From contig JAXCHI010000003.1 of NCBI GenBank assembly GCA_033977065.1, positions 160,001 to 224,000 of the forward strand: a DNA stretch of 64,000 nucleotides, written 5' to 3'. Positions 1 to 12,500 of the stretch are shown here, piece by piece; the first letter of the stretch is position 1, and each line of letters starts with the position of its first letter. Made by a program: the position numbers and the translations under genes. This stretch comes from Candidatus Algichlamydia australiensis (GTDB lineage Bacteria; Chlamydiota; Chlamydiia; Chlamydiales; JAJFMI01). Below the pieces are notes generated by a model. It made no database searches, was not told the origin of the DNA, and saw nothing but the letters and a program-made list of their open reading frames with translations.

Positions 1-551
1 TCGCGAGCAAGAGCCGCTTCATCGCTGGCGCCTTTTAGCTCTGCCATGCAGACGATTTTTCCACCCATGTGTGAGTAGTGACCATAAGAGTGATTCTCTT
101 TTTTCTCTACAAGCTCTACACGCTGAATGCGAATATTTTCTCCAATCCGCTGGATAATCTGTGCGCGCATCTCTTCCAAGGTTAGAGAGCTATCTTGAGT
201 TGATTTAGCAGCCAAGAACTCTTCTGCGCTCTTCGGCTTAATCGCAAGAACTTCAATACCAACACTTTTGACAAAGTCAGCAAAAAGATCATTTTTTGCA
301 ACAAAGTCTGTCTCTGCATTGATTTCGACAAAAGCAAGAACTTGATCATCTTCAAAGACGGCAATCACGCCCTCTTTTGTCTCGCGACCCTCTTTCTTTA
401 CAGCAGAGGCCATACCCTCTTTGCGAAGGATTTCAATCGCTTTTTCAATGTCGCCTTCCGCCTTTTCTAAAGCTTGTTTACACTTTCCCATGCCAACGCT
501 TGTGCGGCGACGCAATTCTTTTACTTGATCGGGAGTTACTTTTGTGCTCAT
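1..551 (-). CDS. tsf: Elongation factor Ts (3' part runs off the window)
   Basis: Not in the ORF track. Minus strand from ATG at 551 reads MSTKVTPDQVKELRRRTSVGMGKCKQAL, and an EINAETDFVAK motif follows. ATGA overlap with the rpsB stop. Confidence 0.96.
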   Translation of the reverse strand, partial: MSTKVTPDQVKELRRRTSVGMGKCKQALEKAEGDIEKAIEILRKEGMASAVKKEGRETKEGVIAVFEDDQVLAFVEINAETDFVAKNDLFADFVKSVGIEVLAIKPKSAEEFLAAKSTQDSSLTLEEMRAQIIQRIGENIRIQRVELVEKKENHSYGHYSHMGGKIVCMAELKGASDEAALAR

Positions 552-1324
552 TCTTTCTCTCCTTCTTCTGCATCTTCAACAATCTCTTCTACTTGTGATT
601 CAATCGTCGCCTCAGCTGTTTTTTTAATTTCAATACTCTTTGCAGCTTTTTTCTCGATAATTGCATCGGTCAGAGCGCCTAAAATCAATTTAATGCTTTT
701 TAAAGCGTCATCGTTACAAGGGATTACGTGATCAATTGGATCGGGATCGCAATTTGTATCAACAAGTGCAAGAACAGGAATACCGAGTTTATTCGCTTCA
801 GCCACAGCAATGTGCTCTTTGCTTGGATCAACAACGATAATCAAGCCTGGGGGTTTGCGCATAGCGCGAATTCCGCAAAGGTTGCGATCTAGTTTTTCCT
901 GAGATTTTCCAAGAAGAACCATCTCTTTCTTTTTCAAACCTTCTCCGCCAGATGCGATCACCTTCTCGATCTGCTCTAACTTCTTTACAGAAGCACGGAT
1001 CGTAGTCAAATTGGTGAGCATACCACCCAGCCAGCGCTCAGAAACATAGGCTTCGCCCGCATTTTCTGCGCACTCTTTCACAACGCTTTTTGCCTGTTTT
1101 TTCGTTCCAACAAAAAGAATTTTTTTATGATTTTCAACAGCATCTTCGACCATTTCAACAGCAGTTCTGACTTGCTGCATTGTCTTTGCTAGGTCGATGA
1201 TACAAATTCCATTGCGCTCGCCGAAGATGTAGGGGCGCATTTTAGGATTCCAGCGACGCTTTTGGTGCCCGAAGTGCGCGCCACTCTCTAATAAGTCTTT
1301 TACAGTAATTTGTTTTTTAGCCAA
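548..1324 (-). CDS. rpsB: 30S ribosomal protein S2
   Basis: LLESGAHFGHQKRRWNPKM and DTNCDPD motifs; TTG start after AGGAGG; upstream of tsf. Confidence 0.99.
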   Translation of the reverse strand: MAKKQITVKDLLESGAHFGHQKRRWNPKMRPYIFGERNGICIIDLAKTMQQVRTAVEMVEDAVENHKKILFVGTKKQAKSVVKECAENAGEAYVSERWLGGMLTNLTTIRASVKKLEQIEKVIASGGEGLKKKEMVLLGKSQEKLDRNLCGIRAMRKPPGLIIVVDPSKEHIAVAEANKLGIPVLALVDTNCDPDPIDHVIPCNDDALKSIKLILGALTDAIIEKKAAKSIEIKKTAEATIESQVEEIVEDAEEGEKE

Positions 1325-1445
1325 GTCTTGTCCCTCCTATTTGACATTGCGGAGCCCCCAATGGTGACCCCTTCGGCATCCTCAGCTCGTGAAGATTTCG
1401 ATCTTGGTTAGCGTTATTTTCTCTCCCACATGGGAGGAGATCTAT
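1325..1445 (-). promoter_or_regulatory. Possible structured rpsB-tsf 5' leader
   Basis: GC-rich non-coding stretch with a hairpin (CTCCCA-CA-TGGGAG) directly upstream of rpsB, where autoregulatory leaders occur in many bacteria. The structure was not verified. Confidence 0.3.
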
Positions 1446-1530
1446 TCAGGATAGCAGAAAAGGTTGGAGAATGCAAGATCACATTTAAGAAATGATTGAC
1501 ACTCAGCAACAGAAAATTTTACTATCCCTT

Positions 1531-2959
1531 TTAACATGAAAAAACCTCACACCAATCGATAATTTTATCAAAATATTCGCTAGAAATAACCTCATTCGAA
1601 ACACCTCCCACATGAATTAGAATCGGTCGATATGTAATATGTTTTGGAATTTCTAGTTTCTTTATTTTTTGCTCCATTTCTTCTATTACCTCTTTGCCTA
1701 TGTTGTGAATAGAAAATTTAATCTCACATAAGAAAATTGCGCTTTTAGTTTGGATCAAATAATCAATTTGACATCCTTTTCTCTTCTTTGTAGTTGTTTG
1801 AAAAAAAGGACCGTCATGTAAGCAATCTGATGGAGAAATTTCTAAAATATTTAGAATTTCTTTGCGATTATGAATAACGAGATTTTCAAATTGTAATCCC
1901 ATAATCGATGCCCATTGTGTTTGGGCAAAAAGCGACCCCTCTTCATATTTACCTTCTATAATCTCTTTCTTTCTCGGTTCTATAAATTTTAGATAAAACC
2001 TCAAATAATTATCACTTAATCGATATTTTCTTAACCTGCTCATTTTATGAGTCTTTAAACTCCATGAAAAATCATCTGTTAAAAAGCCAGCTGTTACTAA
2101 ATCATTTAAATATTCTGAAATACTCCTCCCTCTATGTCTATTAATTCCCTTGCTAATTTCTTCTTGATTCAATGAATGGTTGTTAGCTAACAAAGATACA
2201 ATTTTCTTATATAAAGAGCTTCTTTTTTGAAAAAAGATCATGAAAAATTCTATCGAACTCATTAAACAACAGGCCCGAATCCATAAAACATAACTCTTTG
2301 AGATTTTGTTCTGCTGTTTTTTTTGGATCTATTTGATTTAAATATTTTGGAACTCCCCCTGTTACTCCAAGCACTTTTAATTTTTCAAAAGCTGAAACAG
2401 ATTTTTCTCTTTTACCCCAAAATTTTATACAATCTTTTATTGATAACTCTTTAAGACTCAGGATCAAATCTATACGACCAAAAAAACCTGTATTTTTTAG
2501 AATATTCTTATCAATCCAGCTTGAAATAGAGCTTGCAACTACCAAAACCAATCGAGGGTTTATCTCGAAGTGCTGGTCCCACGCAATTTTTAACTTACCA
2601 AGAAACTCTGGATCTTTAGCTCCAATCCATGAAATTTCATCTAAGACCAGTAAAACAGGACCTTTATCACATGCTTTTCCCAATACCCAAAAAATATCTC
2701 CCCAATCGTCTCCTGCTACAGATGGAAGACCTTGCTCTTTCATTTGTCTTACAAACTCTGATCTTTGCTTCTTTGCTGTAGTCTTCTTATTGGGTGGCAG
2801 TGCTGTAAATAAATATTTTTTTGAAAAGTCCTTTGAAAATTCGGTAATTAGGCGACTCTTTCCAATACGCCGTCTACCTCGGATCACAACAAAACTGGCC
2901 GATCTCCTTGATTCCCTGCCCCTTAACAGCTTTAACTCTTTTTCTCTACCTATAAACAT
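1531..2959 (-). pseudogene. AAA ATPase (archaeal-ATPase type)-wHTH-PD-(D/E)XK nuclease, split by a +1 frameshift near 2223-2235
   Basis: ORF 2207-2959 has MFIGREKE, Walker A GRRRIGKS and Walker B LVLDE. ORF 1531-2262 continues with a wHTH-like segment and QIDYLIQ...LCEIK. Removing one base from the T6-C-A6 run gives DLFSKRSSLYKKIV and fuses the two ORFs. Confidence 0.85.
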
Positions 2960-2962
2960 TCA

Positions 2963-3095
2963 TACCCCTAAATCGTCTTTTTCCATTTTAAGGGTATGTT
3001 TTTTTGCATTTATTTTCTACCCTTAAATCGTCTTTTTCCATTTTAAAGGTACGTTTTGCGAATTGGTTTTCTTACCCTTAAATCGTCTTTTCCAC
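2963..3095. repeat. Three 34-bp palindromic direct repeats with a 55-bp period (third copy incomplete)
   Basis: TACCC(C/T)TAAATCGTCTTTTTCCATTTTAA(G/A)GGTA starts at 2963, 3018 and 3073 (partial), separated by different 21-bp spacers. The ends are inverted (TACCCTTAAA/TTTAAGGGTA). Confidence 0.9.
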
Positions 3096-3098
3096 ATC

Positions 3099-3263
3099 TA
3101 GATAGTGTCGTCAAAAGGCTATAATCAGATTATTTTTCATGTTTGCAGCTTATTTTTGTGCGGAAATTGAAGCTGAATTTGTAAATTCCGCTTCATTTGA
3201 GCACAAAAATGGAGCCCAAACATGAAAAATAAGATGGTTGTATGCTTTTGACGACGCTATCTA
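3099..3263 (+). mobile_element. Hairpin MITE-like element, family A, copy 1 (165 bp)
   Basis: TAGATAGTGTCGTCAAAAG...CTTTTGACGACGCTATCTA, an imperfect palindrome over its whole length. Near-identical inverted copy at 32765-32929. Flanked by TA. Confidence 0.9.
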
Positions 3264-3306
3264 GATGGAAACGAGAAAAACTAGCAATAATTTAAACAAA
3301 AAAATG

Positions 3307-3377
3307 AGCGCCTGATCAGAATCGAACTGACACTAATAGCTTGGAAGGCTATTGTTCTACCATTGAACTACAGGCGC
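3307..3377 (-). tRNA. tRNA-Gly(TCC)
   Basis: Reverse complement GCGCCTGTAGTTCAATGGTAGAACAATAGCCTTCCAAGCTATTAGTGTCAGTTCGATTCTGATCAGGCGCT: 7-bp acceptor stem, TTCGA T-loop, TCC anticodon; CCA not encoded. Confidence 0.96.
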
Positions 3378-3535
3378 GCAGTTACAGAGCATCATCGCAC
3401 AATCGCTTTTTTTCTGACAAGTATTCTAGCGCTCTATAATAAATTAAAATTATTAATATTATTATTAATTATTTTAATCGATTTTTTATCCAAAAATTGA
3501 TAGAATAGAGTCTCGAAAAACATTTTTTTTACATA

Positions 3536-6500
3536 ATGGTCGCTATAAATTTAAAAAATTGCCTCAACACAGCAAAGAAGGTCCCACAACTTCCTAAAGC
3601 TGTAAAAACTTTTGTTGAAGAGGAGGTGCGTAGTGCAAGCCGTTACTTTAATCCTAAGCGCCATGAGGGTGTAGATAAGGTTTTTCAAACGGCTAAAAAA
3701 GCTTTTTCCTTCCTTCCCATCTTCCCTAAAGGCCGCGCAATTTTTTTCGGCGAGGGCCGAGTCTCAAAATGTTTAGAAAAAATCCATAGCGCTCTCTCCT
3801 CTAAACTTTCTATCCCAGCTAGCCGTGATGTTGAAGACTCTACCGGTGTCGCCTCTTTGAGAGAACAGTCACACTTGCGCAAAACTCATCACAAACTTCC
3901 TGTTGACCGCAAGACATTTTCCGCTTTTTATGGCTCTCGTGTTGAGAAAATGCGCGCCCCTTTTGCTCAAGCAGTTGATATGCTCAAAAACTTCCTTGAG
4001 GGGAAAAGAGATGGGGCCTTTTTCGCTGAACGTGCTGCTAGCCTGTTACAAGCAAAAAATAGTGAAACAGAATTTGTTACCTACGCAAAAAGAGTTGAAG
4101 GAAATGAAGCACAAAATACGTTTGTTTTAGAAAATGCGCGTCTGCTTCATCAACAAGTTGCGGCTCTTGATAAAAACTCTACTCCTATTTTCCACTTTGG
4201 TTCTGTTGCTTACGCTAAAAAGACTACTTCTGAACTTTTATCAAGTATCACTGGGGTGGATAAAGCTTCGAAAGAACAAAAACAATTCTTAGAAGGAGAT
4301 CTTCACGTTTTAGCCCATGAGCTTACACGAAAGTTTCTCGACCCTATCGAGAAAGAGGTAAAACAACCCAGCGAACGTTTAGAGAAACTGGCAGAAGACC
4401 TTCAAGCAAAAATGCCGAGGTTTTTAGACGGTATCCCGTCTGCTACAAGAGATCTTTTCTTAAATGTTTTGCGAAAACGCCTCTTTGGTAGGCCGGCTCC
4501 AGATGGTGTAGCAAAGCTTTGCGATACTTTCTGCGACGAGTTAATGAAAAATGGCTTGGAAGAGACTTTAGAAGAGTACATTCTTGCTACTCTATCCAAC
4601 TCAAGGGAGTTTGTGGACCAGCACTTCAATGATTTTCGCTATTTTCTCTCTCACCACTTGAATGCACCGTTAAAGGAGTTGATTGCTGAAAGTTCTCTGC
4701 ATCTTGAGTCAGACAAACGTTTCTGGATGGAGATTAACAAACAAGAAGATGGAGCCTATACGCTGCGTCTTTACACTAACGATCGCGACGGTATCGCGCA
4801 CCCACTTAATCATCTTGAAAGCGGGATTCACTACCCTCTCATCTTCTCAGGCATTCCTGCAGAGAAGATGTCGAGTGAATTTTTTGAGCAGCTCATCGCT
4901 TTCCAAACATATGATCTTTGGGACAAAGAGCGCACGATCACACTTGATGATCTCTACACCTATCTGACCCTCCACTTGGGAAAAGAGGCCGAACCATCTA
5001 ACCCTTCCACAACACTTCCCAACTCTGCTGTTGATGGTGATAATGCGATTGACTGGCTACAGAATTATGTTCATCATCACTGCCTAGGCAATGAGGAGGA
5101 TTTCTCTCTGCTCTTTGAGTACCAGATGCCTCTTGAATTTTTGCAAAATCTCTGGACCAAGATCAAAGAAGAGCCTAAGCAATTAAAAGAGTCTTCGCTT
5201 CGTAGAGAGCTAAAAGGCGTTGTTGAAAGGCTAACCAATGTGGGTTTAAACCTTCATGAAAAAGGAAAAATTTCAGATGGAGAATTAACCGCTCTTTTTG
5301 GAACAATTCTCGATGTAAATGAGGCTCTCAAAACAGAGAAGAAAGCAAAAAGTGAAGCGTATGAGGTGCGTCGATCAAATATCATTCCTGAAGATCTGCA
5401 GCATGTTCTTGCTTACATCATGGACAAAACGGGACTCTCTGCAAGCTCTTTAGAAGGGGTGCGTACTCTATTGATGTCTCTTCTTGGTGAGGATTTTGGA
5501 AGTGATTTTGATGCCCTGGTTGAGGAATTTCTTTTTGATTTTAACAGAACTAAGAGCACCGAAAAGGAGTATGAATCATCATTTTCTTATGCTGCGTGGA
5601 GAAAAACTTTTTCTGGTCTTAATGATCGTGTAAATGTGGCTGATTTAGCTCTTATGACAACGTTTAGAGCTGCTGTTTGTATTTTGACGGTTTTAGCCTA
5701 CTCACAGAAAGCCTATCTTTTCCAATGGCTTGTGAACAGCTGCCTTTCTAGTCTCACTGGAAAAATCTCTTTTAAGGTAGCTCTACTCATCGTTACTTTT
5801 GGCCCAAGCGTGTGTCAAGAGCTTCTACCAAAAGAGCTTCATGAACCTCTAATTGCTGCCTATGATCTCTTCTTTGAAGTCTACACCTATCTTAGAAATC
5901 GCATTCTTCTTACTGGTCTGCGTGCTGCTTTTCACGGAATATTAGCATTGAAACTCCACCCAAAATTGAGTGAAGAGGGTTTAGAAACGGCAAAGAAGTA
6001 CTTGAGAAAAGGGGTATCGCATGTATCTCATGGCGTAGAGGTCTCCTACGATTTAGATGTAGAAAAGAGCAGTAAGCCATTCTCTGTTCCCCTTCCTACG
6101 GAGCAAGCGTTTCAAACTGAAGAGAGCTCACCTCCTGCAACTTGGGATCTACCTAGGCCTAAAAAAATTCAGCTAAACCCTCAAAATTTAGTAGGTCATC
6201 TTGAAGGTATCGTAAGCAATCTTGACCAAATAGAAAAAGAAGGCTCTTACCAGAGAGATGTGCAGACGCGGAGGCGTGAAGCTCTTGCTTATATTCACGG
6301 TGCTATCCTAAATCTTCCCTTACCAGGAAGAGGTGAAGGAGGTATTTGGAAAGAGATCCAACATCCACATTTAGCTTTGAATCACGTAGAGCGAATTCTC
6401 GATAAGTTCACACATCTTGTCAGCGCTCAAAAACATACACATGATGGAGCTACTGAGAATATCATCTCCCTCCATACCCTTTTTGCCATCACAGCAGAAC

Positions 6501-9500
6501 TAGCAAAACAGACCTCTGATTCGGCTCTTGATCAAGACTTTGTCCCTAATGCACACCTCTTTGAGGAGTGGTTGAGTAGCCCCGCACTCACGATCTCAAA
6601 CCAACCTCTTCTTGCAAGAGCTAAAGAACTTGAACTCTTCTTTAGTAAAGATAAACAAGAGGGGCAGGCGCTTTTTAACTTCCTAAAAGATGCGGAAAAA
6701 AACCCTTATATAAAACAAAATTTGGAATTTTTCCAAACCTATGTTGACCCAGGAAAAGTTATCCATACTGCTGATCTTCTGATCATGAATCCTAATTTAG
6801 GAGAGATGCAAACTTTAATAGAAAAGTTTGGAAGGGGGCCTAAAACCGCCGGACTGCAAGCGTTAGATTCAACTTTAGTAGAGATGCTCAATCTGACAGA
6901 GCAATTTGAGGAGGTAAAAGAGGAGATAGGGAGGAGAAAACAGGCAATAGAAAGAGCTCTCTCAACACATTGCAATGAGCACGATCTTCAAAAACGCCTT
7001 CTTCCTTTAGGGCTTAGCCTTCTACAAAAAATACAAGAGAGCGCAAGGTCCTACACCCACTTTGATCATGACAAGCAGAAAATTGATAAGCGCTCAAGTG
7101 ATGTGGCCATCTATCCATTCAGCCTAGCCTTAGAAAAAGTTCAAGAAGCTGGGGATGGGGCCGTAAATAGCGTAGATGATGATCACTTAAAAAAAGTAGT
7201 AGACTGGCTCGCAAGAGGAATAAAAGGAGCCGCGCGCTATTTTGGAACAGCATACAAAATCACAGGCACTTTGCCCGATCATAGCGAGCTTCTTGATACA
7301 GAGAGGGGGCTAGCAAATAGATTTACAGGTGTATCATTTGACCTGCAGTCTATTCACGATTCACATGAGCGCAATAGCCAGTTTGGCTTGCAAGTCGCAG
7401 AGATGCTAGTAAAAGCAAAGACTCTTTCTCAAGCGGAGATCATGCAAGATGACTCCTCTTTCGACACGCTTTCTCGTGAAGAGAAATTTTTGCTTGCGAT
7501 GGCTGCCCGACATAGCTCTGATCAAATTGTGCGCTGTATGGACTTCTTTACAAGTGGAAGAGGGCGCCTCTCACAGCAGCGCTATCGCACTCTTTTTGAA
7601 ACTCTGATGAATAATGAGTCTGCTATCAAAGCAGCCCTGGAAGACGAACCTGCAATGATAGAGGTTGTTGGGGCGTTTTTCGATGAGGCAATTCAACATT
7701 TCCTTGAAAATGATGACTACGCTACAGCTCTTTTCTTAGCAAAAACAGGTTTTGACCATCTGGTGCACTCCTCTTTCTATGCGGAAAATGCGAAGGCGCA
7801 CTTCCCTAATTTCCGCGCAATTATTCGCGAGCAGATTCTTCCTAACTTTCGCGCGCAAGCGACCCTTAAACCAATTGGTTTGATGGAAGATGGCTTTGTT
7901 GGCTCACTTCTCTATCTTACTTCTCTCTACTCAAATCTTATTCCTGATAGCAGCGAAAAAGAGGTCCTACTCGATCTTGCACGTTTGCACTTTGCGCGCA
8001 CTCCAATGGCCTGGAAGGAGCTTGAGAGTGAGGCTTCTGCAAAACCTCTTCGTACACTCTACATGTGGGAACCCTTGATCCACGACGCAATTCAAAATGA
8101 TTCCGTCTTCCGCAATACTCTTCTTGATACTCTGGTTGCAGACCGAGGTGGAGAGGTAACAAACGGCCCATGGGAGGGGGATTTTCCACGCTACACAAAA
8201 GGGGCTCAAACACTCTCTTTAGTCCCACAGGAGTTTGCAAAAAATGGAATTACTACTAGCATTGCTCATGCAAAAGTCTCAAAATGGGTAGGTGAAAAGT
8301 TAGGCCCCTGTCGCGAGATCTCTGATGGCACATTTATCTTTTCAAATTCAGACGTTGAAGCCAAGTTCCTTGGTAAAAATGGTTGGCTCATTACGCGTAA
8401 GCTTGATGGCAAAAATTTCCGCCTCATTACAAATACAAGAGGGCTTCCCGACTTTGTTTCTCAGGATCCAAATAGTGCTCTCTGGATCGAACAAAAATCC
8501 CTTGAGCCGATCATCTATTGCATGAAAGAGGGAAAAGTTGTCACAACTCATCACGCAAAAGTTGTAAATGACGATTTAGAAAATCCCACGCTTGAGATCA
8601 CTAAAACATCCCCCCTCTCCCTAGACCAAGCAAAGTTTAGTGGACTCGCTCCTCTTCACTGGTTCCAATCATCAAAAGATACACGCGTTGAAACAGAAGG
8701 AGAAAAAGTTAAAAAGATTGCGTTTCCAAAAATGGGTTTAACTTTTGAAGTCGATAAGAGTGATCACGCCATTTCAACAGATGGATCCACACCTGGATTC
8801 TGGATCGCTAAACAACAGAAAGTTTCAAGCCTTGTCCCTTTTGCAAACACGCTTCTTCTTGAAAATGAGCGCGGCGAGAAAAAAGCGCATATCATAGCCA
8901 ACAACTTTAAAGAGCTTTTTGCATCCTATTTGGTTACCAAAAGCTTAATGTTTAATCGTGATGGATTGTACAAACTGGGAAATCTCATCACACTATTTTT
9001 GTTGGATCTTGGAGCTGATGCGCCAAGCTCTAGTTCTGTAGTTCCTCTCGCAATTTCTGAAAATATAAAAAAGCTTCTCGAAGAGGCGAAATTTTTCGAT
9101 GCGGAGAGTCGCAAGATGTACACTTACGATCTTGATGAAAAGGGTCAACTTCAGAGCCAAGAACCATGCGCGATTGCCTACCTTGCTCTTTTTTATGTTG
9201 TAAATGGCCAATTAGACCAGCTCTTTCCTATTGTGAAACAACTCGACCTCTTGAGCCACACCAGCTCGTTTCCAGAGGAGCTCTTTCCCCTTCTCGATAC
9301 CATTGTTCTTTTTCTCTCTTTACGAAAAGGCAAAAAAGCAACAGAGCTTCTTCTAAAACTAACCGCTATGCGTGAAGCAAATAGCGTTTTACACCAAGAG
9401 GAAATCCCAGCCGCCAATCGAGGAAATAGACTCCTCTGGTTAATTGTCCAGAGCAACTACAAAAGTTATTTGGAAAGCAAAGAAAGTTCTCTAAATGAGT

Positions 9501-12500
9501 TTGAAGAGCTCTACATTTTAAACTCGATTAGTCGACAAAACCGCGAGTTTTCTCACACAAACACGGCTCTCAATAGCGAGCTTGAACAGTTTGGTCTTGG
9601 CAATTTTGTTGAGAGCATGGCTATGCTTCCCTCTCTTGCAAGACGCTATCAAGTCCTGCGCGCACAATTTGAGCAAGGAAGCACTTGGCGCCTAAAAGCG
9701 GAAAAATTGATTGTGAACACACTATTTGGGGAGGGCCATCCCAAATTAGTCTCTTCAGATGGAAAAGTCGCTCCTATCTCAACTTTTAGAAAGATCTCTC
9801 AAGCTTTTCATCAACTCTTCCGCTTTGCTAGGAACAACTGCAAAGATTATATCGAGATTGAGAAAGATCTCAGAGCAGCAATTCATTTTGACACCACTGT
9901 TTTAGACCCTAATGACTTTGAATATTTTACCAGCCTTCATCTATCTCCATCAAATTTCACAAAATCATTTCTCAAGGAACATTTTTTTATACTCTACCAC
10001 CTTGCTTGTAACGAGTTACCTGAAGGATGGCGAGGTAATCGTGAGAGAGAACAGCTTTTTGCAAACAAAATCGCAGAACTCCATCGTGCGATGTCTCTTA
10101 CTGTTGGACGCTTTAAAGATCCAGAATCTCGAGCAATTTGGCTCACTCTTCAAACAGCTGTTGAACAGACCCCTCTTCACTCTCTGCTTGGCTCCTCTTT
10201 AGCTTATCTTCTTTCGATGAAACAGAGACCGATTGCAACTGGTACTAAAACGGTTGTTGCTGCTTATAATAGCTCCGCTACAGCTCTTCTACTAGAAAAG
10301 CTTCAAGAGATGCCTCTGCCTGCTGCTACAAAAGATTTTATTGAGAGTCTGAAGAGTTCCGTTCCCTCTTCTGCTGAAGCTCTTCTTCACTCTTTGAGTG
10401 ACAAAGGGCTACGACCGGCATCTATTGCCTTCTTACGCTCTTTAAAAAAGCTGCCCCTAGCACATGAAACGCTCCAATTTATTGCTTCGCTTGAAAAAAT
10501 TCCTCTCCCCACAACGCAGTTTACAACTCTTCCTAAAGCTACAGAACTAAAATCTAAACGTGATCAAGGAAGCACCAATCTCGACTATGATTTTTTAATG
10601 ATAGAACTTGGAAAAGTTGTCAAATGTTACCTAATTGAACAGGCAGGAAAAGCTTCTCTTCATACGGTTACAGGATACAAGGTTTTAGACTCTAAACTCG
10701 ATGCACTAAAAGCTGCTGGTGTCGCTACTTTGGGAACTACATTTTCCGGGCTTAAAGTCTTGAATCAGGTCGGAATGAATATCGGCTTATTGAAGGCACA
10801 ACTTGTCACCTATTTTACCATAACAAGAACCGCTGCTGCCCTGAATGCTGTTGTCGACCCTGTAGCAGAGCCAACTCCTCAAGCCTCCTCAAGGCAGCTC
10901 TCAAAAGAGACGATTTCTCAGATGAATCAGCGAGAGCGTGCGATCTCTAATTTGCTTAGCCAAATTTCTGAAGAGTATTTTGATAAAGAGAACATTCCTG
11001 CAACCGCTGAAGAGCATCTTCAACCATTTGATGAGGATGATGAAGCCTCCGTAAAAGAAGCCTTTGAGAGGCTCAATGAGAGTCTTCACGCCTTTTACTC
11101 TAAGCATCAACCTGATGGCACACGCTACCACTTAAAAAAGAAAAAGTATGCCGTTGATTTAATGCGCTCACTTCATACGCTACAGGGCGAGCTTTCAACC
11201 CATTTAGCAAAAGAGCGTGCAGCAATTGTTGAATTCGTCAATCACGTCCATATCGATTCACTGGATCCGATTGAAAAGCTTGTTGCCGATACACAAAAAA
11301 CAAGAGAAGAGCGCGATCTTACTTTTGAAGATATCTCTATGCTCTTTGCCCAAGAAAATGATGCAAAACTTCTTAAAATTTCGCACATGCAAGAAGAGGA
11401 TTTAAGTGAGATGAAGCGCCGCCTCTACCTCTATCACCTCTCTGCCTCGCGCTGGCAGTTCCTCTTCGATCGCATTGGTGAGCTTTCTGAAAAGCCAACA
11501 GCTGAAGAACTCGACCAGATCGGCCAAGAATTAAATCGCGAGCGCACTTACAAGTTTAATAACTCAAGCGAGCGCGTTGTGCGAGGTATGCTTCTCTTTG
11601 AATCCAAAGATAATGTGCTATTACGCGGGCCACAAGCAAGGCAGCTAGAGAGAGTGCTGCGCAGTGAACACCGCCGCGTAGTAACAGGATCAAAACCAGG
11701 CTCAGGAAAAACCTCTATCAAGATGGTAGAAGCTGCAAAAAACAAGGCTGATGGCGAGCATCTTGTGCTTAACATCTGGCCGAAAGAGACAGCTGAGGAG
11801 AATACCAAAGTAACAGCTGAGAAATTTAACAAAATTTATAATCAAAAAACAAGTGCCTTCACAATCACGCGTTCGAGCTTCAAAACAGTTGAAAGTCTTA
11901 TCCACTTCTTCAACTACCTGCGAAGCGCCGCCTCAAGTGGGCGTGAACCGATCAACATGACAAAGGAGAGCTTGCAAGCGCTAGAGCTCAATATGCTTGA
12001 AGCGGGTCTAAATGAAGAGAAAGAAAAATTTTCCATCTATAGGAGAATTTTACATTTGATCCATGAAAAAGGCTTTGCCAACTTCGATGAAGCGCATTCG
12101 GCTTACAATCCTAATAAAAAGCTCATCTACCCCTTCGGTCCTCCCTCAACTCTCCCTAAAAATGAGATAGGACTCATCACCGAAATTCTTGGCCATTACG
12201 CTACAATCAGCCAAAGAGTCGCGCTGCCAAAGAAACTCTCTCTTGAGGAGTACAAAAAGAGATTCCTTCCCTCTCTTGCTCGCACAGTTGCAGCACGCAG
12301 CAGCTGGGACTTTACAAGTGAAGAGCAGAGCGAGCTTGTAAAATACTTCACTGAGGAAGCCGAAGAGATCCCCGGTTTTATTACCCAAAGCCCCTATCGA
12401 GGTGAAGTTGCAGCTGCAAAAGGAGTGATTACCTCGATTTTATCCCACTCATTAAACAAAATCCCTAACGTTGACTTTGGCCGTTCAAAAGAGGGGAATG

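Noticed and set aside
2222..2228. A_AAA_AAG programmed -1 frameshift in the ATPase gene
   Set aside because: The motif is present, but joining the two ORFs needs a +1 shift (offset 697 = 3n+1), so -1 slippage would not restore the protein.
2963..3095. Calling the 55-bp-period array a CRISPR
   Set aside because: Only three units, 21-bp T-rich spacers that resemble each other, and no cas genes in the window. Kept as a repeat/operator candidate.
1325..3306. Integrative element at the tRNA-Gly 3' end
   Set aside because: No duplicated tRNA 3' fragment (att site) and no integrase were found.
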